DNA of 64,000 nucleotides, taken from contig CALBRH010000054.1 of assembly GCA_937899865.1 (NCBI GenBank), positions 23,603 through 87,602 on the forward strand, written 5' to 3'. A model generated the notes under the pieces. It was not told the origin of the DNA, searched no databases, and saw only the letters and a list, made by a program, of their open reading frames with translations. Of the stretch, positions 9,797-19,352 are shown in pieces (within the stretch, counting starts at the first letter, position 1; every line of letters begins with the position of its first letter). This DNA comes from an uncultured euryarchaeote. Lineage in GTDB: Archaea; Thermoplasmatota; Poseidoniia; Poseidoniales; Poseidoniaceae. The position numbers and the translations under genes were made by a program.

Positions 9797-10213
9797 ATGG
9801 CGATACACCATATCAACTGTCGTACTGCATCTAGTGGAATCGACAATTTGGCTACAATTGTTGATGCTATGACATGGTTGTGTGGTGATGAAGAATTACT
9901 TTTAATTGATCGAACAACCTCTTTTCATGGTTCAGAAATCAATCTCATAACATCACATATTTCCAAAAATCGTGATATAAAATCATTTGTTGACAAACTT
10001 AAGCAAGCTGACTTGTTGAAGATTTCTGAAAACCTTTCAGATAGAATTGATGACAGCAATATTCTTCATTTTAGAATTTGCCTCGATTCTTTGATAAGTG
10101 GAGAAATTAGCCTCGCAGAAGCAGACAAAAAAACTGTGAAATGTTCAATTAAAATTGAAGTATATCCAGGTCAAAATGCTGTTGAAGAAATAACTAATTT
10201 TTTAGGATTGTAA
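9797..10213 (+). CDS. Archaeal RNA-binding domain protein (DUF54/UPF0201-like)
   Basis: TTSFHGSEI.LIT...LSDRIDD...LHFRI...SLISGEI.L.....VKC.IKIEVYPG pattern; ATG 9797 preferred over the 9695 start in the track. Confidence 0.65.
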   Translation: MAIHHINCRTASSGIDNLATIVDAMTWLCGDEELLLIDRTTSFHGSEINLITSHISKNRDIKSFVDKLKQADLLKISENLSDRIDDSNILHFRICLDSLISGEISLAEADKKTVKCSIKIEVYPGQNAVEEITNFLGL

Positions 10214-10296
10214 TGAAAAAATAATTACTTTGAAATTTAAGGTAAATCACAAGAGGTTAAGTATTCTAAGTGTGTCGGCTGAATGAGGAGAAAATT

Positions 10297-10572
10297 ATGC
10301 CACACGTTGTAACATCCCCATGTGTTAACCACAAGTATCAGGAATGTGTTGCAGTATGCCCTGTTGACGCATTTAGAGAAGCAGAAACATATCTAGTAAT
10401 CGACCCAGACGAATGCATAGACTGTGGCGCATGCATACCAGAGTGTCCAGTCGATGCTATCTTCGCTGATACAGATGTACCTGATGAAGAAGAAGAATGG
10501 ATCGATAGAAATGCTGACGAATCAGTTGATGCTGAAGTTGCCGAAGGCGAGTCGCCCGTTCTAGCAGACTAA
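10297..10572 (+). CDS. fdxA: Dicluster (7Fe, FdxA-like) ferredoxin
   Basis: Cx7Cx3CP and [12 protein letters not shown] motifs, acidic tail, GAGGAG SD upstream of ATG 10297. Confidence 0.9.
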   Translation: MPHVVTSPCVNHKYQECVAVCPVDAFREAETYLVIDPDECIDCGACIPECPVDAIFADTDVPDEEEEWIDRNADESVDAEVAEGESPVLAD

Positions 10573-10589
10573 ACTTAGGATGTTTTTCT

Positions 10590-11582
10590 ATGACCCAGTT
10601 AGATTTTAATCAATTCCGTAGCGGTAGCGAGTTACTCAAAAGAGGGCTTGCAAGAATGCAACAAGGTGGCGTCATTATGGACGTAGTTAATCCTGAGCAA
10701 GCCGCAATAGCTGAAGATGCTGGAGCAGTTGCAGTAATGGCACTTGAAAGAGTTCCTGCAGATATTCGAAAGCAAGGTGGAGTCGCAAGAATGAGCCACC
10801 CAGACATGATTCAAGGAATCCTTGATTGTACATCTATTCCAGTTATGGCTAAATCAAGAATCGGGCATGAAGGTGAATCAAGAGTGTTAGAGTCTATGGG
10901 CGTCGATATGATTGATGAATCAGAAGTACTAACTCCTGCAGACCCATTTTTCCACATTAACAAAAAAGATTTTGATATACCATTTGTATGTGGTGCAACC
11001 GAATTATCAGAAGCGGTTCGTCGAATATATGAGGGTGCAGCGATGATTAGAACAAAAGGTGAAGCAGGTACTGGTAATGTAGTTGCAGCGGTCACACATG
11101 CTAGACTAATTGACCAAGAGATCAAACAAATGCAAAATTTGGATGACGAAAAATTGTCATTAGCTGCTGATTCAATTATCTCACGTTACAGAGTCTTAGC
11201 AGACAAGTCATCGCTGCCAGGAACATATGACATGACCCCATTTGGGCCAATTGATGGTGACATGCACAACGAAATAGTAGAGATTCTATCAGAGGTTAAA
11301 GAATATCAAAGATTACCAGTAGTTACCTTTTCAGCAGGTGGCATAGCTACACCAGCAGATGCATCCTTGATGATGAGAATGGGAATGGATGGAATCTTCG
11401 TTGGTTCTGGTATTTTCAAATCTGAAGATCCTAAAACTATGGCTGATGCAATAGTTCTTGCAACACATCATTATGATGATGGCGCCAAGGTTGCTGAAGC
11501 AATGGCTATGACTGAAGGTAGCCCAATGAAAGGCGATGAATTAGAGACTCTAGAAATTCGCTTGGACCAGCGTGGTTGGTAA
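10590..11582 (+). CDS. pdxS: Pyridoxal 5'-phosphate synthase lyase subunit
   Basis: [51 protein letters not shown]. Confidence 0.97.
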   Translation: MTQLDFNQFRSGSELLKRGLARMQQGGVIMDVVNPEQAAIAEDAGAVAVMALERVPADIRKQGGVARMSHPDMIQGILDCTSIPVMAKSRIGHEGESRVLESMGVDMIDESEVLTPADPFFHINKKDFDIPFVCGATELSEAVRRIYEGAAMIRTKGEAGTGNVVAAVTHARLIDQEIKQMQNLDDEKLSLAADSIISRYRVLADKSSLPGTYDMTPFGPIDGDMHNEIVEILSEVKEYQRLPVVTFSAGGIATPADASLMMRMGMDGIFVGSGIFKSEDPKTMADAIVLATHHYDDGAKVAEAMAMTEGSPMKGDELETLEIRLDQRGW

Positions 11583-11624
11583 ATTAAACAATTTGTTTAA
11601 TGACTCCAGACTTCATCAAACTAT

Positions 11625-12689
11625 TTATGATGATGAGACTTTTTGATCATTTAGTATTGTACCTTTGTCAATTGTTACATTATCACCAATTACACAATTA
11701 AACAATTCACAACTATCGCTGATAGTTACATTTTCCCCAATAATTGATTCTATAATCTTACAGTTATCACCAATTTTCGAGCCACTCATAACTAAACTGT
11801 CAACAAGATTTGACTTTTTACCAACAATAGAATCTTCACATACCACTGTGGTCAAAATAGGTGATGCTGATGTTGAGTTTCCAATTATATAGCCCAATTC
11901 TGGTGTCAACTCGCCATCGGGTAAATCAAATGGCAACATTTTGGAATTTTTGACTAGATGATTTTGAGCTTTAATCAATTCTTTTGGAGTGCCCACATCA
12001 AACCAAACCCCATTTAATTTAATACCAAATAACGGATAACCAAGTTTCAATAAATGTGGAAATAACTCTTTACTAAAGTCGTACTTGGTATCTTTAGGAA
12101 TATATTTCATTACTTCTGGTTCGATTATGTATAATCCTGCATTTATGACATTACTAAATGCTTCTTCTTGTTTTGGTTTTTCCAAAAATTTACTTATGTA
12201 ACCTTGACTTAATGAGCCATCTACTTCTCCATTCTGAGTCTTTGACAAACCAACAATACCAAACTGGGTTGGATCTTCTACCTCCCATAGTGCCATTGTA
12301 ACTTTAGCATTTGATGACTTGTGAGCATCAATTATTATTGAAAGGTCTGATGACAAAATTGCATCACCTGAAGCGACAATAAAGGTTTGAGTTAGTTTAT
12401 CCTCGAGTAATTTGACGCTACCTGCAGTACCCATTGGAGTACTTTCTTGATTTACTGAGCAAGTTGCTTGTAAATTCATATCCCAAGTATTGACAAGGTT
12501 TTGTAATCCCTGACCCTTGTACCCAGTGGTAACAATAATTTCATTGACATCGCTTTTGATTAGCGCATTTTTGACATAATCAATTACTGGCATCCCTAAT
12601 ACATTTACTAATGGTTTAGGTTTGTTTTCAGTTAGAGGATATAGCCTTGTGCCTTTTCCACCAGCCATAATTATGCCAAGCATAGGCAC
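11625..12689 (-). CDS. NDP-sugar synthase (sugar-phosphate nucleotidyltransferase with left-handed beta-helix tail)
   Basis: MAGGKGTRLYPLT..KPKPL, GTAGS, FLEKP, INAGLY, WFDVGTP, hexapeptide repeats. Confidence 0.9.
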   Translation of the reverse strand: MPMLGIIMAGGKGTRLYPLTENKPKPLVNVLGMPVIDYVKNALIKSDVNEIIVTTGYKGQGLQNLVNTWDMNLQATCSVNQESTPMGTAGSVKLLEDKLTQTFIVASGDAILSSDLSIIIDAHKSSNAKVTMALWEVEDPTQFGIVGLSKTQNGEVDGSLSQGYISKFLEKPKQEEAFSNVINAGLYIIEPEVMKYIPKDTKYDFSKELFPHLLKLGYPLFGIKLNGVWFDVGTPKELIKAQNHLVKNSKMLPFDLPDGELTPELGYIIGNSTSASPILTTVVCEDSIVGKKSNLVDSLVMSGSKIGDNCKIIESIIGENVTISDSCELFNCVIGDNVTIDKGTILNDQKVSSS

Positions 12690-12692
12690 ACC

Positions 12693-13697
12693 TTATCTTC
12701 GTCTTGTTGCGTTAATATCGATTCTTCGCATGTTCTTTTTCTTTTCAGATTTCTTTGACTTGCCTTTACTGACGAAATCTTCTCTACTTAAGCCACCAAA
12801 TGTGATGCTGCCATTAGAAAGCAATGACTGTGCTAATTCATCTGCAACCTTCTCAGACTGTGCACCTGTTTGCATTTCTTGAGCGACTGCTGCATTGTGG
12901 TCGGTCAGCCAAGACTTTCTCTCTTCCCTTACTGATTTCAATTCATCTCTGGCCTTGTTAACATCAACCATCAATTCATCTATTTTGGCATGAACTTCAT
13001 TGGCTTTTTCCTTTAGTTCAACAAATTCTATATGGAATCTGTCGCCTTCCGACTTTAGGAAATCACGATGAGCAAATGCTTCATCTACTTCTGGAGTTTT
13101 AGCGTTGAGTCGCTCAACAGCTTGTATCATCTCATTATGGGCAGCATCTGCTTCAACCTTAAGAGTCTTAATAGCTGCGTCAATATCTGACATATCAACC
13201 TCAACCATCTTGAATTTGGTTACTTCCGGTTCCAACTCTTCGATTCGCTTCGAAAATTCTTTGATTTTCTTAACCATTTCCTTTTCTTTATTTATACCAA
13301 CTGAAGTTGTCTCAAATTTCTTCTCTAGTGAATCAACTTGTTGTTTCAAGTCAGCATATTCTGCAGTTGCAGAACGCTTGTTATTGTGATCTTTTCTCTT
13401 TCCCTTAATCTGAGAAATCAAATCTCTCATTTGGCTTTGAATTGTATTACGCTTTTCCTTGAAAGATTTAATCTCGGCTCGCATTGCTCTAACTTCAGTA
13501 ACTAATAATTCGATTTTTACACGGTGCTCTTTGTATTGGCCTTGTACTGAATTTCTTTTCTCAGCAGAAACTTTTGCTTGAGCATTGAAATTGTTTCTTG
13601 TTTCACGCATCTTACGAACTTTAGTTTCCATTGCATGTAGTCTTTCACGTAAGTCTGCATCTGGCCTCTCATCGCCCTCATTCAGTCTACCGCGCAT
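12693..13697 (-). CDS. Archaeal coiled-coil protein (COG1340-like)
   Basis: Heptad-rich; RETRNNFN...EKRN and KEKEMVKKIKE motifs shared with 22390..23259. Confidence 0.75.
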   Translation of the reverse strand: MRGRLNEGDERPDADLRERLHAMETKVRKMRETRNNFNAQAKVSAEKRNSVQGQYKEHRVKIELLVTEVRAMRAEIKSFKEKRNTIQSQMRDLISQIKGKRKDHNNKRSATAEYADLKQQVDSLEKKFETTSVGINKEKEMVKKIKEFSKRIEELEPEVTKFKMVEVDMSDIDAAIKTLKVEADAAHNEMIQAVERLNAKTPEVDEAFAHRDFLKSEGDRFHIEFVELKEKANEVHAKIDELMVDVNKARDELKSVREERKSWLTDHNAAVAQEMQTGAQSEKVADELAQSLLSNGSITFGGLSREDFVSKGKSKKSEKKKNMRRIDINATRRR

Positions 13698-13748
13698 GGT
13701 TAGTGGTATAGGTTTACCATTTCAAATTATGGCTTACCATAAAAAGCA

Positions 13749-15341
13749 TCAAACTATGATATATGTCAACAATGATGAAGAAATTATTGTTCCGACAAAT
13801 CCAATCACATTGAACACTGTAGATGATGCTGACCTTATCTTTTCTTTGAAAACCGACCTTATTCTTACATTCATCTGTGAACCAGTAAGAAGTTCACCGC
13901 TTACTTCCTCAAGCCTAACACTTACTGTAGCCTCGCCGAATCTTTCTGGCAGCAATGTTTGCCAAGCGACCGTGCCGTCTCTAAGCAAAGCAGACATTAT
14001 TGCAAGAATATCTTCATTCCCCGATTGTGAAAGTGGCACACCAGTATCAGGCCAAATCTTTTCTTCTCCAGGTTCAAGCAAGTATGTCAAAGCTAAGTCA
14101 TGAGGCCTAAAATCAGGCGACTGTACTCTTAGAACAACGGTTCTTGACTCACTTGATAGGTTATGCATATAGGTGAATAAATTTGCTTTGCCATGTACTA
14201 CATTCTCCATATCTACCTCAAAAATTATGTCATCCTTAATTGATTTCCTACCCGAAGCCAAATCTTCCTCTATCCTACCAATCATACGGAAGAACGCAGG
14301 ACATCGGTCTTGTAAGTGATCAATTATGACCAACCATTCTTCAATTGTAAATACTTCATGACTTTTGACATATTCAACTCCGGCTTTGGTAAAAATTTCA
14401 CCAAATTCTGAATCGACTGATGATAAATCAAGACCTTGAGAGTGCTTGTATAGAGTCATCATCATTTTCTCTCTAGCAAATCTTGGATCAACTCCACGTT
14501 TTACATGAGACTCTAGTTCTCCGACAAAGTGTTCATACTCTGATTTCAACAATGGGTCTAACTGAGACTTAACCAAATCTGAGAATACCATGCCAAGAGT
14601 TGAAGGATGAATAGGAGAGTTATATGCATTTAACAAACCTGTCCTCTCAGCCATATTGAAAGTAGATGACCTGGTTGAAATATGCTGTCCTGTAGACAGG
14701 ATTGTCAAAGAAAATGAAAGTGCTAAGAAATTTTTACCCATATCGGTTTGAATGCCATAAAATGCGATTGCTGAAAGAGATAAAATCGATAATAATGCGC
14801 ACATTAGGGAAAAGAAATGTTTAGTAACAGACCGTTTTATTGATTCTTCTAAAGGCTCATAACCATGTAATGATTTAATCGAAAAGTGCTTCGATTGCGC
14901 TGATTTAACCTCTTTTTCAAATGTCCTAATTGTCAAATTCACCCTATGGCGATGCAAAGCTAGAGCAAGTATGTAACCAAGTAAAATTACGAAGGCAAGG
15001 GCAACTAGAATTGTTGAAAAACTCTGCCCCATAGTTGGTTCGATGAAATCTACCCACCAATTTGGCGACGAATTGGCGTAAGCCCAAGCACCGAAGAATG
15101 CTAGAATTGCAAACCCAGGCAAGAATAACAGTAATCTAATTCCAAATGAGATTAATTGCCTATCAAAAGCATACAAAAAGGATTCATTATTCCATTTTGC
15201 TATTTGCTTTAATGATTTAGAACTAATATTCTTCACGGTTTCTGAGATTGTAGATTGATCTTCACTTTCTGTCTTTTCGTTTGAAGATTCTGATGATTTA
15301 TCCTCTATTTCATCTAATTCATCAGGATTCGTATCAGTCAT
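13749..15341 (-). CDS. Hypothetical multi-pass membrane protein
   Basis: Four N-terminal hydrophobic segments, soluble domain, C-terminal TM helix. Confidence 0.75.
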   Translation of the reverse strand: MTDTNPDELDEIEDKSSESSNEKTESEDQSTISETVKNISSKSLKQIAKWNNESFLYAFDRQLISFGIRLLLFLPGFAILAFFGAWAYANSSPNWWVDFIEPTMGQSFSTILVALAFVILLGYILALALHRHRVNLTIRTFEKEVKSAQSKHFSIKSLHGYEPLEESIKRSVTKHFFSLMCALLSILSLSAIAFYGIQTDMGKNFLALSFSLTILSTGQHISTRSSTFNMAERTGLLNAYNSPIHPSTLGMVFSDLVKSQLDPLLKSEYEHFVGELESHVKRGVDPRFAREKMMMTLYKHSQGLDLSSVDSEFGEIFTKAGVEYVKSHEVFTIEEWLVIIDHLQDRCPAFFRMIGRIEEDLASGRKSIKDDIIFEVDMENVVHGKANLFTYMHNLSSESRTVVLRVQSPDFRPHDLALTYLLEPGEEKIWPDTGVPLSQSGNEDILAIMSALLRDGTVAWQTLLPERFGEATVSVRLEEVSGELLTGSQMNVRIRSVFKEKIRSASSTVFNVIGFVGTIISSSLLTYIIV

Positions 15342-15391
15342 ACTATGCCACCTTTAGTTAATTATGATTTTAATTTTAATGTTAACACTTT

Positions 15392-16045
15392 TTAGATAAT
15401 TATCCTATCAGCAATTTCTTTGCTAAGTTGGACAGTCATGTCAGCAACCTGATACGAACCCTGTTCAATTGACTTAATCTCAGCCCCTACTGCAATATTC
15501 AAATTATTCAAAAAATGTATGTCTGATTTACCTGCAACTATCATTTTGATAGTTGAAGATTCACCTTGAGAAAGTTGATTTAAATTTTTAAAATCTTGAA
15601 TTGAAGTGTTTACTCTTGATTCAATATCTTCGGACATTGAAGGTATGGGAGTTCCACTTGGATCAATTTGAGGATTATTGAAGTATATTGTAAGAGCAAC
15701 TTCTAGGTCGTCATCAATCGCATGCTCTAATCTGCAAGCCGTAGCATGTTGATTTCCATCAAATGGTAAATGCTGTAGCAGAACTTCAGCTAATCGATGG
15801 CGTCGCTTCATTTTTTTTCCATAAACCAACCCTTTGTCAGTTAACGTAGAGCCTTTGTATGGAATATATTCCAAGTAGCCCTTAGAAGCCAGTCTTTGAA
15901 CCATTTCAGTTGTTGAAGCAGGAGTCACTCTAAGCGCTTCTGCTAAATCTCCTGTCCTAACTCTAGCATCAGGGTCTTTTTCATAAAATTGATACATCAT
16001 CTCAAGATACTCATCTTCAAATTCTTGAAAATGTCCTGCTGACAT
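15392..16045 (-). CDS. DtxR/MntR-family metal-dependent repressor
   Basis: EDEYLE, wHTH TGDLAEAL.VTPASTTEM, RRHRLAE, ACRLEHAID; FeoA-like C-terminus. Confidence 0.92.
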   Translation of the reverse strand: MSAGHFQEFEDEYLEMMYQFYEKDPDARVRTGDLAEALRVTPASTTEMVQRLASKGYLEYIPYKGSTLTDKGLVYGKKMKRRHRLAEVLLQHLPFDGNQHATACRLEHAIDDDLEVALTIYFNNPQIDPSGTPIPSMSEDIESRVNTSIQDFKNLNQLSQGESSTIKMIVAGKSDIHFLNNLNIAVGAEIKSIEQGSYQVADMTVQLSKEIADRIII

Positions 16046-16076
16046 GTTATCACCCTTATATTATGCATTATTGAAG

Positions 16077-18572
16077 TTAACCATCTTTTGACTTAAAAAT
16101 CATCTTACATGAGGGGCATCTAACTGAGCCATCGTATGATTCTGGGATTCTGAGACTTTGAGAACATTCTGGGCATGAAATCTCAACCTTTCCATCATTA
16201 ATATCCTCTATTAACTCCTCTTCTTCTTGAACTTCTTCCTCATCTATATCTTCTGAACCCACTTCGAAACTATGTGAACAATCAGGACATCTCACAGAAC
16301 CTTGATAGTTTTCAGGAACTCGAAGTTGTCTGGAACAAACTGGACAACTGATTTCAATCTTAACATCGGATAATTGAACAGACTCATTTTTGCGAGTTTT
16401 AACCTCTGACTTTGGCTTCTTTGGCTGTCTATTTGAATTCTCACGAATTCGAATCATCAAAATAATTAGAGAAGATACTGCTAATCCTCCCAATATTCCT
16501 GACCAAGGAATAGTAAAACTATCAGATGATTCCTCTGTGACAATTGATGAGAGGAAGATATTATCGATTTGCAGTGTATCACCACCATAATCCCACTTAC
16601 AATTTAGTCTAACTTCATCTCCTTCTGGCCAAGCAAAACTAAAGGAAATTGTTTTAGATGACCCTGCAGCAATCGGTGTTGTGCTTGATTCTGCAAGTTT
16701 AAATCCATCTCTATCATAAAGAATAATTGTTCCACTTTCACCTGTAATAGAGCCTTGATTTTCCAACAACACTGTCACACTAGCTGTTTCACCTGCTACA
16801 GGACGGTTTGGATTCGATTGTGAATTGAAGCTGATTGTGTATTGAGGCCTATCTTGAGGTATAGATTTAGTAAATGAGGAGAATGAAGATTCTGATGTCC
16901 AATTTATCTCTTGAACTCTAATTATTACATACTCCGCATCTACAAAACCAAAATTGAATGTATCGCCTGAAGAACCTGCACTAATTGTCATGTCAACATC
17001 ATAAACAATCGTATCATCTAAGTTACTACCATATCCCAATTTCACATTTATCTCCCGATCTATACCTGATGATAGATTAACCAGCCAATTGGCTGTCACT
17101 CCATCATCAATAGTCCATGAAACATCATATAATGACAGTTCAAAACTTTGCCTTTCCGAGACAGGAAGTAATATCTCACCAGATATATCATCAGCAATTT
17201 CACCATCAGTTGAATATAGTGACCAATTAAACTGTTCCGTACCAGAAACTAATATTGGAACAGTAATCGTAACTTCACCGGCCTCATCTGGCCCTAATGA
17301 CACCATACTGCCTTGATAATTTCCTGCAGAGGATTCCATTTTTAGTGAAACATTACCTTGCTTTGTACCGGTATTTCTTACTAACAACGAGAATGTTGAT
17401 TCATCCCCTACATGCCATGGCCCATCAGTTGTTGAAGGCGTAAAACTACCCGCATACTCGAATAATGCCGATTCGACAGTAAATGTCTCCGTTGAAGTAT
17501 TAATCGATGATGGGTCAATTCTTTGACCTGACAAGTAACATACTAATTCACCAGGCTTCAAAATAATAGTAAAGTCTACATTTGTATTCGAAGATGATTG
17601 AACAATTATTGCTGAATTATAAACAATTTCTTGATCGAATAAACAGGTCTTTTCACCTGAAAAATCAACAGTACCATTATTGTAAGTTTGTACTGTAATC
17701 TCTAAATTTTCGCCAGAAACTAAATTCTGACCATCATAAACTATTGAAGTTTCTAAAATTGGTAGTGGTGGAGGATTAACACTAGCAGTGAAATTTTGAA
17801 AGTTATCTGTAATGTAATCATCTATGGTCCCATTTAGGCTTATCGATATCGAAAAGAAGCCCTCAAAAACTTGTACTGTTGAATTAAAATATACGATTTT
17901 TGTTGACATTCCATTGAGGTCAAATACCGCTGAAGATTGCTGTTCTGAGGTAATTCCGTTATCTAAAGATAAATTTACGCTTCCAGTCCAAAGATAATCT
18001 CCGCTATTGATTATGGGAATTTGAAGCTGAACAAAATCTCCATCACTTAAGGAATAATTACCAGTTAATACAGAATTAGAATCAATCGATTCTAAGATAA
18101 TTGATGATTCTGGTGCTATTGAAATATTTAGCGGATTCAATCTATGAATCGTTCTTTGAAAATTCGAAATATCGTTTTGTGATTCAATACCTACATCACC
18201 TGTCAAGCCGACTGAAATTATTGTGTAGCCATAATTCAATGATGTGAAATTATACGAAATCTCTTGTTGCACTCCCTCGACTAAATCATAAGATATGCTT
18301 GAGTTGATTAGTACGGTTCCATCTATGGCTGAGGCTTCAAAATAAACCTGCCCAACATAATTTACTCCAAGCCCTTCATCGGTTGAAGAAAGGTTAAATT
18401 CTAATTCGAAATATGATTCATCGGTAGTTTGAAAGTCAACCAGGTTAATAGATTCTGATTCAATAGTAACTCCACCTCCACTTGCAGATGCTATAGGAGC
18501 ATTAAATAGAAATAAAAAAGTCACAAAAATAGCAAAAAATGTAACATAATTCCTGTTACAATCACCCGCCAT
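16077..18572 (-). CDS. Large surface protein: Ig/CARDB-like ectodomain, one TM helix, two cytoplasmic zinc ribbons
   Basis: Signal peptide; repeated V.N.G...G motifs; TM; CPVC..CPDC and CPEC..CPSC. Confidence 0.8.
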   Translation of the reverse strand: MAGDCNRNYVTFFAIFVTFLFLFNAPIASASGGGVTIESESINLVDFQTTDESYFELEFNLSSTDEGLGVNYVGQVYFEASAIDGTVLINSSISYDLVEGVQQEISYNFTSLNYGYTIISVGLTGDVGIESQNDISNFQRTIHRLNPLNISIAPESSIILESIDSNSVLTGNYSLSDGDFVQLQIPIINSGDYLWTGSVNLSLDNGITSEQQSSAVFDLNGMSTKIVYFNSTVQVFEGFFSISISLNGTIDDYITDNFQNFTASVNPPPLPILETSIVYDGQNLVSGENLEITVQTYNNGTVDFSGEKTCLFDQEIVYNSAIIVQSSSNTNVDFTIILKPGELVCYLSGQRIDPSSINTSTETFTVESALFEYAGSFTPSTTDGPWHVGDESTFSLLVRNTGTKQGNVSLKMESSAGNYQGSMVSLGPDEAGEVTITVPILVSGTEQFNWSLYSTDGEIADDISGEILLPVSERQSFELSLYDVSWTIDDGVTANWLVNLSSGIDREINVKLGYGSNLDDTIVYDVDMTISAGSSGDTFNFGFVDAEYVIIRVQEINWTSESSFSSFTKSIPQDRPQYTISFNSQSNPNRPVAGETASVTVLLENQGSITGESGTIILYDRDGFKLAESSTTPIAAGSSKTISFSFAWPEGDEVRLNCKWDYGGDTLQIDNIFLSSIVTEESSDSFTIPWSGILGGLAVSSLIILMIRIRENSNRQPKKPKSEVKTRKNESVQLSDVKIEISCPVCSRQLRVPENYQGSVRCPDCSHSFEVGSEDIDEEEVQEEEELIEDINDGKVEISCPECSQSLRIPESYDGSVRCPSCKMIFKSKDG

Positions 18573-18661
18573 ATAACTCTCAATTCGTTATGGTTATTGA
18601 CCTTCACGCAAAACCATCCCCCTGCGCCATGTTTTTCAACATTGAATTTCACCCGCCGTAT

Positions 18662-19351
18662 ATGACACCCGAGGACTTACTACGTGTTGAGCCAGAAGTC
18701 CTTGCAAAATTAATTCTCCACAAACGAGAAAGAATTTCACAATCACTACCAAAAATCATCGAATCATTAGGGGAAGAAAAGCACACTGCGGAGAATTTAG
18801 CACGAAAATCAAGAGCTGAAAAAGAAGACTTAGAGCCGAAGGTGAGTAACCTATACTATGAGCGAGCAAAGGTTGTTGCAGAACTCAATGACAAATTTGA
18901 CACAATTAAATTTGAAAATGATGAAAAAGATAGGTTTGATGAAATTTCTGAAAAACTTAAGTCAAAACAAACGAGTGTTGAAAATTTTAATAAAATTCTT
19001 TCTGAAATCGTAGAACTTTGTTCAAAATATGGTGGAAAGATTGAGCAATTAACCTCATATAAATCTTCAATGAAGGCTAATGATGCATTATCCGAAATAA
19101 TTGATGATTTTGAAAATGCCAAAAACAGATGGAATGAAAATGAATCTAACAGACGCAGATTAGAATCAAAATTCACCAAACTATCTACGAATCTAAGAGA
19201 TTCAAGTACCTCCAAAGATTATTGGCAAGATAAGTTGAATTCAGATTTTGAAGATTTATTGATTGATGCCAAACGTGTTGCTGAAGGAGGGCTTTCTAGT
19301 AGACAGCTGTCCCGTAACAATAAAGGTAAAAATAACTCAAGGAGGCCTTAA
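18662..19351 (+). CDS. Hypothetical coiled-coil protein
   Basis: K/E-rich helical sequence with basic tail; ATG 18662 preferred over the 18590 start in the track. Confidence 0.7.
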   Translation: MTPEDLLRVEPEVLAKLILHKRERISQSLPKIIESLGEEKHTAENLARKSRAEKEDLEPKVSNLYYERAKVVAELNDKFDTIKFENDEKDRFDEISEKLKSKQTSVENFNKILSEIVELCSKYGGKIEQLTSYKSSMKANDALSEIIDDFENAKNRWNENESNRRRLESKFTKLSTNLRDSSTSKDYWQDKLNSDFEDLLIDAKRVAEGGLSSRQLSRNNKGKNNSRRP

Positions 19352-19352
19352 C

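Noticed and set aside
19263-19352. Longer TUTase start overlapping the upstream gene by 89 nt
   Set aside because: A TTG with a GGAGG SD directly after the upstream stop is more plausible; not proven.
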